DNA of 64,000 nt from Bdellovibrionales bacterium. Its GTDB lineage: Bacteria; Bdellovibrionota; Bdellovibrionia; Bdellovibrionales; UBA1609. Below the pieces are notes generated by a model. That model was not told where the DNA came from and made no database searches. It was given only the letters and a program-made list of their open reading frames with translations. Positions 9,152 to 18,762 of this stretch are shown here, in pieces. Positions within the stretch are counted from its first letter, which is position 1, and each line of letters starts with the position of its first letter. The stretch covers positions 81,501-145,500 of the forward strand of contig JAPPLG010000014.1 of NCBI GenBank assembly GCA_028819545.1, in the 5' to 3' direction. The position numbers and the translations under genes are program-made.

Positions 9152-11249
9152 ACATATTAAAAAATACTTTTTTGTTTTTGTACTGTTTTACACTCCATTT
9201 GTCTTTGGAAAAAGAGAGCTTATATGTGAACAGATCTATCCCATTCAAATGCAATATTTGGAAAAACATGTCAGTCAGCCAAATCTATCTACAGCATTGC
9301 AGAAAAGAATTATTAATCAGCTTATTAAGAACTTGGATGATGGAAAACTTTATTTTGTTGAATCGGATATTCAAGCTATTAAAAAATGGTTTACACCTTT
9401 CTTTAAAAATTTAGAACAGGCTAACTGCAGTCCTCTTTATAAGCTGTACAATTTATTCTATGACAGAGTGAAAGAAAGAGTCACCTTTGCAGAAAGTGAA
9501 ATATCCAAGGATACTTTTAAGCTGGATACAAATACATCCTTTATTTTAAATTCCGACAAAAGATCTTATGCTAAAAATCAAACAGCTCTAAATGACTTTC
9601 ATCGAAAATATCTTCATTATGAATTGGCCAGTATCATGATTACAGAAGAAGATGAGTCCAAAGCTAAAGAGCATTTACTGGGTATGTATAAAAGGCTGAA
9701 GCAGAAAGTATACAGCTGGGACCCCAAGCCTTCTGAAGAGCGGCTGTCATTTTGCCTACAACAGGAAAAGAAAAATAAACGTATCAAAACATGCAAGTAT
9801 GAAAAATGGTACGCACTTTATTTAGACAGCTTTGCAAAGTCTTTAGATCCTCATTCCAGCTATTTTTCCCAATATGAACTGGAAGATTTTGAAATTAATA
9901 TGCGGCTTTCTTTAGAGGGTGTTGGTGCTTCGTTAAGCTCCAGGTATGGATATACGGTTATTGAAAAACTTCTGCCTGGGGGATCTGCTTTTCGATCCGG
10001 AAAATTAAAAAGAAAAGATAAAATTATTGCCATCGGCCAGACTACAAATAAAATGATCAATATTTTTGGGTGGGATCTTAGAGATGTTGTAGAAATGGTT
10101 CGGGGCAGAAAGGGGACAAAAGTTCATCTTAAAGTGCTTAGATCTGTAACTGATGGCAAACAAAAAAAGATTTTTGTCACATTAGTGCGTGATAAAATAC
10201 CACTTCAAGACGGCGCTTCATCCATCATTTATTCAAAGAGAAAAATTAAAGGCAAAGAACAGCTTATCGGGGTATTACGCATTCCCTCATTTTATGGAGG
10301 CAGTGTTACTCAATCCACAAATCACAGATCTGTTTCAAAAGACATTAAAAAACTTATTAAAGAAGCAAATAAGAAGGGAGTGGCAGGGCTGGTGTTGGAT
10401 CTTTCCGGCAATGGAGGAGGGGTTCTTACAGAAGCTATTGATGTGGTTGGACTATTCCTGGAAAGAGGAAATATTGTTCGTCAAATGACTACAGGTTTTG
10501 GAGGGTTTTCCTCTTATCAAACAATGGCTGATGAGGATAACCAAATTTCATACTCAGGCAATCTGGTTGTACTAGTGGATCGAAGTAGTGCCAGCGCTTC
10601 TGAAATTGTTGCAGGTGCTCTGCAAGATTATAAAAGAGCGGTTATCGTAGGGGGAGATCACACCTTTGGTAAAGGGAGTATTCAATCTGTTGAAAATCTT
10701 CCTAAAGGGTTGGGAGCTGTAAAAGTAACAGTAGGTTTATTTTTTATCCCGGGAGGACAATCTATTCAAAAAATGGGAGTCAACTCTGACATTTCACTTC
10801 CCAGTTTTATTTCTATAGATACCTATGGAGAAAAGAAATTGGATTATGTACTTCCCCGCCAACATACGACAGCTTTCTTAACACGAGATGTAAACTGGAA
10901 ATGGAATAAAATTAATGATCATTTAATCAAAAAACTAAAACTCAGATCTCTTTCCAGAGTGAAAAAAAGTGATAAATTTAAAAAAATTAATAATGATATT
11001 GCAGAGTATGAAGAAAAATTAAAAAACCAATCGACGATTAAAATTGAGACTGTCTTGGCAGACGCCAAAAAAAGAAACGAAGAAAATAAGGACCAGGAAG
11101 AGTTATACTTTTTGGATACTAATGATCCCAAGTTTCGTGAAAAATACCTTCAAAGAGCTGATATTGAAGAAGCTATTAACGTTGCAAGCGATCTTTCCTT
11201 ACTTGCTCAAAAAGATTCACCTATTGTTCAAAAAGAAAAAGATTTGTAG
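9141..11249 (+). CDS. prc: Carboxy-terminal processing protease (S41, Prc/Tsp type)
   Basis: LDPHSSY, PDZ LEGVGA, DLSGNGGG, SASASEIVAGALQD, TFGKG. Confidence 0.92.
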   Translation: MFSKHIKKYFFVFVLFYTPFVFGKRELICEQIYPIQMQYLEKHVSQPNLSTALQKRIINQLIKNLDDGKLYFVESDIQAIKKWFTPFFKNLEQANCSPLYKLYNLFYDRVKERVTFAESEISKDTFKLDTNTSFILNSDKRSYAKNQTALNDFHRKYLHYELASIMITEEDESKAKEHLLGMYKRLKQKVYSWDPKPSEERLSFCLQQEKKNKRIKTCKYEKWYALYLDSFAKSLDPHSSYFSQYELEDFEINMRLSLEGVGASLSSRYGYTVIEKLLPGGSAFRSGKLKRKDKIIAIGQTTNKMINIFGWDLRDVVEMVRGRKGTKVHLKVLRSVTDGKQKKIFVTLVRDKIPLQDGASSIIYSKRKIKGKEQLIGVLRIPSFYGGSVTQSTNHRSVSKDIKKLIKEANKKGVAGLVLDLSGNGGGVLTEAIDVVGLFLERGNIVRQMTTGFGGFSSYQTMADEDNQISYSGNLVVLVDRSSASASEIVAGALQDYKRAVIVGGDHTFGKGSIQSVENLPKGLGAVKVTVGLFFIPGGQSIQKMGVNSDISLPSFISIDTYGEKKLDYVLPRQHTTAFLTRDVNWKWNKINDHLIKKLKLRSLSRVKKSDKFKKINNDIAEYEEKLKNQSTIKIETVLADAKKRNEENKDQEELYFLDTNDPKFREKYLQRADIEEAINVASDLSLLAQKDSPIVQKEKDL

Positions 11250-11258
11250 TTTTTTAGA

Positions 11259-12245
11259 ATGGGTTTTCGTTTATCAAAAACCATACTGAAAGAAATTCAT
11301 TATCAAATGGCATCCTCTCGATTGCTTGACGAAAGGCTCATTCAGATTTTTAAAAAGAGAGGAGGGTATTTTTGGGTTGGAGCTCCCGGAGAAGAAGCCT
11401 TTGGAGTTCCCTTGGGAAAACTTGTTAAAAAGGGACAGGGCTTGGAATATGACTGGCTCCACCTGCATTACAGGTGTACAGGCACCTTGCTGGCTATGGG
11501 ATTGAAAACAAAAGATGCCTTAAGACAAATGATGAGTCGAAAAACAGACCCCTTTACTGGAGGAAGAAACTTCATCCATCATTATGTTATCCCGGAATGG
11601 AATATTTCTCCTATTTCATCTGTAATAGAAATTCAGCATAATATTGCTCTTGGAACAGCTCATGCCCAAAAAAATACAAAAGGAATCAGTATTGTTACAG
11701 GAGGGGATGCCGGTACAGCTTTAGCTGATTTTGCTACAAGCCTAATTTGGTCTTCCAAACCCTCTAAGCCTCTTCCATTGCTTATTATTGTACTAAACAA
11801 CAAATTTGGAATTTCCACTTCTTTTGATGGGCAACATTCAGAAAAACATATCACTGACAGAGGAAAAGCTTTTGGCATCAAAACCTATAATGTTAATGGG
11901 AACGACGTGGAAGAGAGTTACTACACACTCCAGGAAAGTATTGAATACGTCAGAAAAAATAGAAAACCAGCCTTACTGGAAGCAGAGGTATCCAGAATGT
12001 ATGGCCACTCTTCATCCTCTGGAGCTAACTATGACGAGTCTCAAGTTTGCCCCTTAAAAACTTTTGAACAACAACTCATTAAAGAAAAAATACTTACTCA
12101 AAAAGAAATTGAAAAAATCCATCAAGACATTTTTGAACAATTAAAAAAAGAAGAGCTGGAAGTATCCGGAGAATCCGAACCGGATGAATCCATATGGTCT
12201 CATATTTATGCAAATAATGAAGAATCCAACTGGAGAAATTTCTAA
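11259..12245 (+). CDS. 2-oxoacid (probably branched-chain) dehydrogenase E1 alpha subunit
   Basis: TPP motif GDAG...NNKFGIST, HYR, RMYGHSS. Confidence 0.9.
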   Translation: MGFRLSKTILKEIHYQMASSRLLDERLIQIFKKRGGYFWVGAPGEEAFGVPLGKLVKKGQGLEYDWLHLHYRCTGTLLAMGLKTKDALRQMMSRKTDPFTGGRNFIHHYVIPEWNISPISSVIEIQHNIALGTAHAQKNTKGISIVTGGDAGTALADFATSLIWSSKPSKPLPLLIIVLNNKFGISTSFDGQHSEKHITDRGKAFGIKTYNVNGNDVEESYYTLQESIEYVRKNRKPALLEAEVSRMYGHSSSSGANYDESQVCPLKTFEQQLIKEKILTQKEIEKIHQDIFEQLKKEELEVSGESEPDESIWSHIYANNEESNWRNF

Positions 12246-13301
12246 ATGGCAAACATGGCTCAAGCTATTAGAATGGCTCTTCATCATGGAGAAAAACACC
12301 AAAATCTTCAAAATATTTTTGGAGAAGATGTTGGACCCCCTTTAGGCGGTGTTTTCACTGTCACTCAAGGGTTAAAGACAGCCTGGAACACACCACTTGA
12401 TGAAAGGGGAATTATCGGCACAGCTATTGGCTTGTCTTTGACTGGAAGCAGGTGTGTTGCTGAGGTGCAATTTTCCGATTATATCTTCAACTCCATTGAT
12501 TTAATAAAACAAGCAGGCATGATGTGCTGGTTGAGTCAGGGTCGATATACTCTGCCCATGGTTCTAATGACTCCTGTAGGGGGAGGGGTGCACGGTTCTA
12601 TTTATCACAGTCATAGTTTTGATTCATGGGCGACAAGATTTCCAGGGTGGAAAGTTGTAATGCCTTCTACACCCTTAAAGGCTTACGGATTGATGATTTC
12701 AGCAATATCTGACCCCAATCCTGTTCTCTATCTTATACCTAAAGCTCTCCTTAGACAAAAAGGTGAAGAGAAAATTCCAGGGGAGCCTCAAGATGAAGGG
12801 GAGTTAAAATCCATGATTGATGCCCCTTTACAAAATAGAGAAAACTGGAAACCTAAATGGCCTGATTTACAAGAGTACAAAATTGAAATAGGAAAAGCCC
12901 AAGTTGTTGAAGCAGGTTCCGATCTCACCCTTGTGAGTTATGGACGTACTTTACATTTATGCAGAGAAGTAACAAAAAAATTAAAGAAAGAAAATATTTC
13001 TATTGAGCTTATTGATATGCTTTCGCTGTATCCTTATGATTGGGCTTTAATTAAAAAATCCATTCAAAAAACAAAAAAAATTGTATTTGTAAACGAAGAT
13101 ACAGAAGTCACTAATTTTGGAGAACACCTGGCTTATCGTACATCCAAAGAATGTTTTTATGATCTCTTTGCTCCTCCAAAAGTTATTGCTGGAAAAAATA
13201 TTCCCGGAGTTGGCTTACATCCTCATTTTGAAGAAAATACTCTGCCTTCTTTCAAGAGAATTGAAGAAGAAGTAAGACAACTCCTTCAAGCTCAACCTTA
13301 A
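12246..13301 (+). CDS. 2-oxoacid dehydrogenase E1 beta subunit
   Basis: FGEDVG..GGVF, NTPLDERGIIG, AEVQFSDY, HSHS. Confidence 0.9.
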   Translation: MANMAQAIRMALHHGEKHQNLQNIFGEDVGPPLGGVFTVTQGLKTAWNTPLDERGIIGTAIGLSLTGSRCVAEVQFSDYIFNSIDLIKQAGMMCWLSQGRYTLPMVLMTPVGGGVHGSIYHSHSFDSWATRFPGWKVVMPSTPLKAYGLMISAISDPNPVLYLIPKALLRQKGEEKIPGEPQDEGELKSMIDAPLQNRENWKPKWPDLQEYKIEIGKAQVVEAGSDLTLVSYGRTLHLCREVTKKLKKENISIELIDMLSLYPYDWALIKKSIQKTKKIVFVNEDTEVTNFGEHLAYRTSKECFYDLFAPPKVIAGKNIPGVGLHPHFEENTLPSFKRIEEEVRQLLQAQP

Positions 13302-13428
13302 AGATATATTATTTGAAAAGTAATAAGAGTATAAAATTTACATAAAATATAGATACTTTACATATCTGAATTTGAACAACCACAGTTTCAATTGACTTTT
13401 TATAGAAATTAAATATAACAAAAAACTT

Positions 13429-13797
13429 ATGAACATTACTTTTAGAAAATTCTTTTTTGTAATGTGTTTTTTTATTCCTGTAATTTCCTATGCAACAGAC
13501 ACAGAGGAATTCTTTATACTAGTCAATAATGCAAATGATGCTGAGCTTGTTACGTTTTCTTTTGACAGATCCACACTACAGAATATACTCATAACACCTG
13601 ACTATTGTATGAAGTTTGATGTAGGGACTTTACCTCGTTTAACTATAAGAGCCAAGTACTGGGGTGAGGGTGGATGTGTAAAGGTCTTGTGTGGTTCTGG
13701 TAATGAGAATTTACAATGTACTGTTGGCGCTTATGAAGTCATAAATACGGCGGCAATTTTTGATTTTATTACAATATGCAGGAGTTGGAACAATTAG
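13429..13797 (+). CDS. Secreted Cys-containing hypothetical protein (3' end may be frameshifted)
   Basis: Signal peptide MNITFRKFFF...SYA; TTGACT-N17-TATAAC just upstream; alternative frame near 13768 continues YYNMQELEQLDETLKCIGVNIN. Confidence 0.55.
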   Translation: MNITFRKFFFVMCFFIPVISYATDTEEFFILVNNANDAELVTFSFDRSTLQNILITPDYCMKFDVGTLPRLTIRAKYWGEGGCVKVLCGSGNENLQCTVGAYEVINTAAIFDFITICRSWNN

Positions 13798-13867
13798 ACG
13801 AAACCTTGAAATGCATTGGGGTAAATATTAATTAATTCTTTATGAAGAACATACACAGAAATACAAG

Positions 13868-14333
13868 ATGACAAACATTAATTTTTAAAAAGTTCTTTTT
13901 CATAATATTTTTTTAACTCCGGCAATTGTTTATGCAATGACCTGTTCAGATAGTGATACCTGCATGAATATTTGTGATGAACTTTACAAGAATGATCTAA
14001 GACAAATAGATCGTTGTTATAAATTCAGTACTTTTAAAGTTAAAAAAACCTCCTTACATTTTGAACACCAAGTAAAGTACGAACAACCGGTGTCACCCGA
14101 CACAAAAGAAACAAGTGATAGCCCCATAGTTCCTATTCCATATGAGTATATAGGATTTTATTAAGCATTATAATTAGTGTCGCGACCCCCGTTTCAACTA
14201 GTACGATAACTATTATGGAGATAATCTGGATTTGATAACAGATGGGGACAGAAGAACAGATGATCGCCTAAGTATAGATTTAGATTTAGTAGATTGAGAT
14301 ACAGACACAGATCATTCAAATTCCTGGAATTAA
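13868..14333 (+). pseudogene. Decayed secreted protein carrying the Cx5Cx3C...CY motif
   Basis: ATG 13868 hits TAA at 13886 next to a T-run; in-frame ORF 13937-14164 shares the Cys motif with 22960-24998; stop-riddled Asp-rich tail. Confidence 0.55.
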
Positions 14334-14438
14334 CCGATAAGTTATATTATGTTACATTCTATATTTGAGATATAATCTATATGAAAATATCTTAATTTAT
14401 TAAAATTTTAATTATTAGATAAGAATGAAATAAATAAT

Positions 14439-14933
14439 TTATTTTCTTTTTAAAGCTTTTCTTCGTTCAACTTCCCTGAAAACTTTTGCAAAAAGATTTT
14501 GATAAACTTCTGGTTTTAAAAGCTCCCCTCCGGCTTTTCCTCCACGAGAATAGTTAGTGGTTCTTTGAAAAATTAAACGAGCCTCCACAACATCTTTTTG
14601 AATTTCCTCCAGGTTAACCGTACAAGTATATGTTCTGCCTGTAGCATAATTGGTACCACCGTTTCCTCCTAGAGCACCTAAAATAACTAAAGTATTATAA
14701 CCTGCGCCCATGCTTTTTTGAGTTTCAGCAACCAGGAATCCTCCATCCATATCCATATTTTTAATGACATAACCTTCATCCTGCATCACTGTTTTAAAAG
14801 CTCTAAACACAGTGTTGTAAGACGCTGGCTTAAAGATACGAGTTTGCAAAGTTCGTCTTTGATCAGGAGATAAGGCAGGTGTTGTCTGACAAGCTGTCAA
14901 ACACAAAGCAAAAGAAAGAAAGAAATACCTCAT
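14439..14933 (-). CDS. Lipoprotein of unknown function
   Basis: Lipobox LTAC; RTLQTRIF, VMQDEGY motifs. Confidence 0.8.
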   Translation of the reverse strand: MRYFFLSFALCLTACQTTPALSPDQRRTLQTRIFKPASYNTVFRAFKTVMQDEGYVIKNMDMDGGFLVAETQKSMGAGYNTLVILGALGGNGGTNYATGRTYTCTVNLEEIQKDVVEARLIFQRTTNYSRGGKAGGELLKPEVYQNLFAKVFREVERRKALKRK

Positions 14934-14943
14934 ATGAAGTCCC

Positions 14944-15327
14944 TTAAAACTGAGTGGAAGTAACAGAAAAATCTTTTACAATATCATTTTCATCAAAGGT
15001 AATAATAACATCAAAAGAAGATGTTGCCCCCTTGCTGACCGCTGAACCTGCGGCAATGACAAATAAACCACCTGCAAATGAAGAGTTTTTAGTATCATAG
15101 GATTGTTTACTATACGTCCACACAGCCTCTCCAGTTGAAGATTGAGTCACTATATTTGGAGATCCCCAGGCTTTTAAAATATCTGCCTGAGTTGTCTGTC
15201 CCTTAACTAATAAAGTTTTGGCCGAACCTGCAGTTAAATTAGACTTTTGAGGAACTTCTTGTGTTGTCTGACACCCCCAAAAACTACTTACAAATACCAG
15301 TGAAATAAATAACCTCATGACAGCCAC
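14944..15327 (-). CDS. SmpA/OmlA (BamE)-like lipoprotein
   Basis: Lipobox FWGC; KGQTTQADILKAWGSP..WTY and ITFDENDIV. Confidence 0.7.
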   Translation of the reverse strand: MAVMRLFISLVFVSSFWGCQTTQEVPQKSNLTAGSAKTLLVKGQTTQADILKAWGSPNIVTQSSTGEAVWTYSKQSYDTKNSSFAGGLFVIAAGSAVSKGATSSFDVIITFDENDIVKDFSVTSTQF

Positions 15328-15398
15328 CCTTTCTATTGCACAAAGATAGAGTAATAATATAGTTAAAACTTAATCAAAACAAGAAAATAAAAACAAAA

Positions 15399-15956
15399 TC
15401 AATTGATAGAAATAACTTCAAGTATTTGAGGTAAATCCCTTTTAAGCCTGTCTTCAATACCTTGTTTTAAAGTCCACTCAGCACTTGGACAGCCGGAGCA
15501 GGCCCCTTGCATTTTTAAATATACTTTTCCGTCTTTATAGTGGTCAAATTGAATAAAACCTCCATCCATTTGAACAGCAGGCTGGATTTCCCGATCCAAA
15601 ATATCCTGAATTTGTCTCACAACTTCTGCATCTGTTTGGGAGTTGTTTGACTTGTTTATAGGGCTTGTCTTTTGAATGTTCAAAATATCTCTTTTGGAAG
15701 TTTGTTTCAATAAATGCAATAAAGGATCTTTAACAGGCTCCCACTCCACCCAATCTTCTTTTGTAATACTGATAAAATTTTCTCCAATAAACACTTTCTT
15801 AACCCAGGGAAACCCCAAAAGCTGAGCAGATAATGAAGAAATATTTCTGGCAGAGTCAACACTGTCAAATTCAGCAATACTTTCTGTAAGTTTATCACTA
15901 AATATAAATTTTAAGACTTGAGGGTTAGGTGTTTTTTGAACAGTGATATTAACCAT
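15399..15956 (-). CDS. NifU/Nfu family Fe-S scaffold protein
   Basis: TPNPQVLKF N-terminal domain; IQPAVQMDGG, GACSGCPS. Confidence 0.93.
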   Translation of the reverse strand: MVNITVQKTPNPQVLKFIFSDKLTESIAEFDSVDSARNISSLSAQLLGFPWVKKVFIGENFISITKEDWVEWEPVKDPLLHLLKQTSKRDILNIQKTSPINKSNNSQTDAEVVRQIQDILDREIQPAVQMDGGFIQFDHYKDGKVYLKMQGACSGCPSAEWTLKQGIEDRLKRDLPQILEVISIN

Positions 15957-16641
15957 GTACTTCAGTCGTGTTATCTTTCTTTTTTCTGAATTTAAAATGT
16001 AAATACTGGTTATCTCCTAAACATGTATTCCTAATATTTTGAGGAATAAAAATAAGAGATCGTTGATCTATTTCTGTATGTATGACACGAAATTTTACGA
16101 AAAGTGTTCCGGAAGAAACTTCTGCAGGTTGTTTACTGGGGCAACCTTCTTGTTTATAAAATTTTGTGCTTTTTGTATATGTAAATACCAGTAAAGGATA
16201 TTCTACAACAGGTGCTATATGAACTATAGGAGCACCCTCTTCCCAGTTAATGATGCGTCTATTTTGTGCTTCATCAACAGCACGGGCCGCTTCTTTATTT
16301 TGAATACGGTATGAGCCGCTCCATACTGTTCTAGCTCTGCAAAAATCACCCTGATCATCTTGAGTGTCAGTATCAAACTTAGATTCTATAACCATGTTTT
16401 CATCGTCAATATTGATCGTAGAAGATTCTAGATTATCTAAATGATCTCTAGTTTCAAATAACATATCTTCATCAAACATTTCTAAAAACTGTGTGCGATG
16501 GTGATTGTATGGAATAAATTCACTATTTTTGTCTATACACGTAAAACCCATTTCTTTCCATTCTCCTATCAAATCTTCTAATTCAAAAGAAAAGGCAGAA
16601 ACGCAGAAAATTAAAGAAAAAATAACTAATATTCTTTTCAT
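15949..16641 (-). CDS. Secreted hypothetical protein (lipocalin-like LIGEW motif)
   Basis: Signal peptide MKRILVIFSLIFCVSAFS from ATG 16641; overlaps the nfu start. Confidence 0.6.
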   Translation of the reverse strand: MKRILVIFSLIFCVSAFSFELEDLIGEWKEMGFTCIDKNSEFIPYNHHRTQFLEMFDEDMLFETRDHLDNLESSTINIDDENMVIESKFDTDTQDDQGDFCRARTVWSGSYRIQNKEAARAVDEAQNRRIINWEEGAPIVHIAPVVEYPLLVFTYTKSTKFYKQEGCPSKQPAEVSSGTLFVKFRVIHTEIDQRSLIFIPQNIRNTCLGDNQYLHFKFRKKKDNTTEVHG

Positions 16642-16752
16642 AATATAACTTTTATATACCAAATAGTTTGTTAAATAGCGTGAGTATATTAACAAAAATT
16701 GCTACAAAAAACAACTTTTTATAATTCATTGTAAAATTTTCAATCAGAGACA

Positions 16753-17838
16753 CTATTTTGAAAACTGACTCAATTGATTTAATAGTTCCAGTTCTTTTCT
16801 TTTTAATTTTTTTGGAATTTTTACTTTCACTTCATAAATAAGAGAACCTCTCCGGCCTCCAGACCCCAAAACAGGAAGTCCTTTATGTTTCAAAACAATA
16901 ACATCTCCAGGCTGAATGCCTTTTGGAATATCTACAGGCTGAATATCATCTTCCAGGGATGGCGCTTGAACTTCCGCACCCAATATAGCCTGCAAATAAG
17001 ACACTTCCAAAGTTGTTTTAATATCAGCACCCTGACGTTTAAATAAAAGGTCCTCTTGAACCTTTATTTCCACATAAAGATCTCCAGCAACTCCATTTTT
17101 ATAACCTATTTCCCCTTCACCTCTGATACGAAGCCTTGTTCCTGTTTCCACTCCTGGAGGAATTTTAATAGACAACTTCTTTTTCTGCCTGCTTTGCCCT
17201 CTCCCCTGGCAAGCACCACAGGGGTATTGAACAACCTCACCTTGACCTGAACATTGAGGACATTGTACTGCAAACGAAATAAAGGCCTGCCTTTGCATTT
17301 TCTGCCCCCTTCCATTGCAGGATTTACATGTCTCTAAAGCTGTCCCATCTTTGGCTCCTGTCGCTTTACACTGCTTACAATTTAATTCTGCAGAAAATTC
17401 AATGACATGTTCTCCCCCATACAGCACATCTTTTAAATTCACAGTATGATGGTATCTTAAATCAGACCCTTTATTATGATAGCGGGGGCCTTCAGAAAAA
17501 GAAGAATGAAATAAGTCCTCAAAACCTCCTCTTCCTCCAAAGCCCATTTGTCCAAAAATATCTGAAAAAGAAGAGAAAATATCCTGAACATCCCTAAAAC
17601 CCTGAAATCCATAAGAGGATTGAAATCCGGCATGTCCAAAACGATCATATTGAGCTTTTTTCTCAGGATTGCTTAAAACCTGATAAGCTTCAGACGCCTT
17701 TTTAAACCTGTCTTCAGCATTTTTATCTCCAGGATTTCGGTCTGGATGATACTGCAAAGCTAATTTTCTATAAGCTTTCTTAATCTCATCTGCAGAAGCC
17801 TGTTTGGAAATTCCTAAAACATCATAATAATCAGACAA
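16753..17838 (-). CDS. dnaJ: Chaperone DnaJ
   Basis: J domain HPD, G/F region, four CxxCxxxG repeats. Confidence 0.97.
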   Translation of the reverse strand: MSDYYDVLGISKQASADEIKKAYRKLALQYHPDRNPGDKNAEDRFKKASEAYQVLSNPEKKAQYDRFGHAGFQSSYGFQGFRDVQDIFSSFSDIFGQMGFGGRGGFEDLFHSSFSEGPRYHNKGSDLRYHHTVNLKDVLYGGEHVIEFSAELNCKQCKATGAKDGTALETCKSCNGRGQKMQRQAFISFAVQCPQCSGQGEVVQYPCGACQGRGQSRQKKKLSIKIPPGVETGTRLRIRGEGEIGYKNGVAGDLYVEIKVQEDLLFKRQGADIKTTLEVSYLQAILGAEVQAPSLEDDIQPVDIPKGIQPGDVIVLKHKGLPVLGSGGRRGSLIYEVKVKIPKKLKRKELELLNQLSQFSK

Positions 17839-17933
17839 TGATATATCCTCTGGAAAATAAACCTATTAAAAAATGTGTGATGCTTAAATGAAACAGTCAA
17901 GTTTTGCAAAGGTTTTTCTGTTGAAAAGGGCTT

Positions 17934-18623
17934 TTAATTAGAAGCTTTTGCTTTAAGCTCTCGGATTTCACGCAGTCTTCTCTTAAACCCACGCACAAAA
18001 GAGCTGTCTGGGTCATCTTCAATAAGCTTCATAATCATTTTCTCAGCAACATCCAAACGACCGGATTCAGAATAAAGTTTTGCTGAAAGACTATAAAGCC
18101 ATAAAGGTCCTCCTTTTTTAGCGGCATTTAGCAATAAATCAGCCGCTTTACGAGGTTCGTTTAATTCCATTAAATAATGGTGGCCTGCATGAAATGAAAC
18201 ATCCCAATCCTCAGGAAACCTTTCAACCGCCTTATCCAAAATAATACGCGTACCTTCTTTATCCCCCATAATCACACCCATAATCACACCAGATAAGGTA
18301 TAAGGTCTTTTAAAACGCGGGGCTAACTCTGTAATGGCATTCGACATATGATAAGCCCAACCTTTGTGGCATTTATACTTTGTCTTTCCGTCATAAACAG
18401 GAATCCCCTGCTCATAACGACAAAAATCAGCATTTTGAATATATCGAACCCATAAGAGATCTGCATAAATATCATTGTAGCCAAAAGCAAAGTACTTAAT
18501 GACTTCAGGAGGAGCAAAGTAATAAGGTTTTCTGTAAACAGCTGCTTTTTCAAAGCCAAAAAAATATATACCGGCAACCGCGATAACCCCTAAAGCAATA
18601 GTATAAATATTTGATTTTTTCAA
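17934..18623 (-). CDS. TPR-like membrane-anchored protein resembling the myxobacterial/Bdellovibrio PilG pilus ABC accessory protein
   Basis: N-terminal TM; ADLLWVRYIQ, ITELAPRF...Y, ERFPEDW; helical repeats. Confidence 0.55.
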   Translation of the reverse strand: MKKSNIYTIALGVIAVAGIYFFGFEKAAVYRKPYYFAPPEVIKYFAFGYNDIYADLLWVRYIQNADFCRYEQGIPVYDGKTKYKCHKGWAYHMSNAITELAPRFKRPYTLSGVIMGVIMGDKEGTRIILDKAVERFPEDWDVSFHAGHHYLMELNEPRKAADLLLNAAKKGGPLWLYSLSAKLYSESGRLDVAEKMIMKLIEDDPDSSFVRGFKRRLREIRELKAKASN

Positions 18624-18762
18624 AATTCCCCCTCCTTCACAATCATAGCAAAAATATTATAACAATTTCAAAAACTTTTTTTATCAAAGAATAATTTAAG
18701 AAACAGTTTGACACTTAATCGAAACAACCTGTAGAAATTCTTCAGAAGCAAAGGTTTATCGA

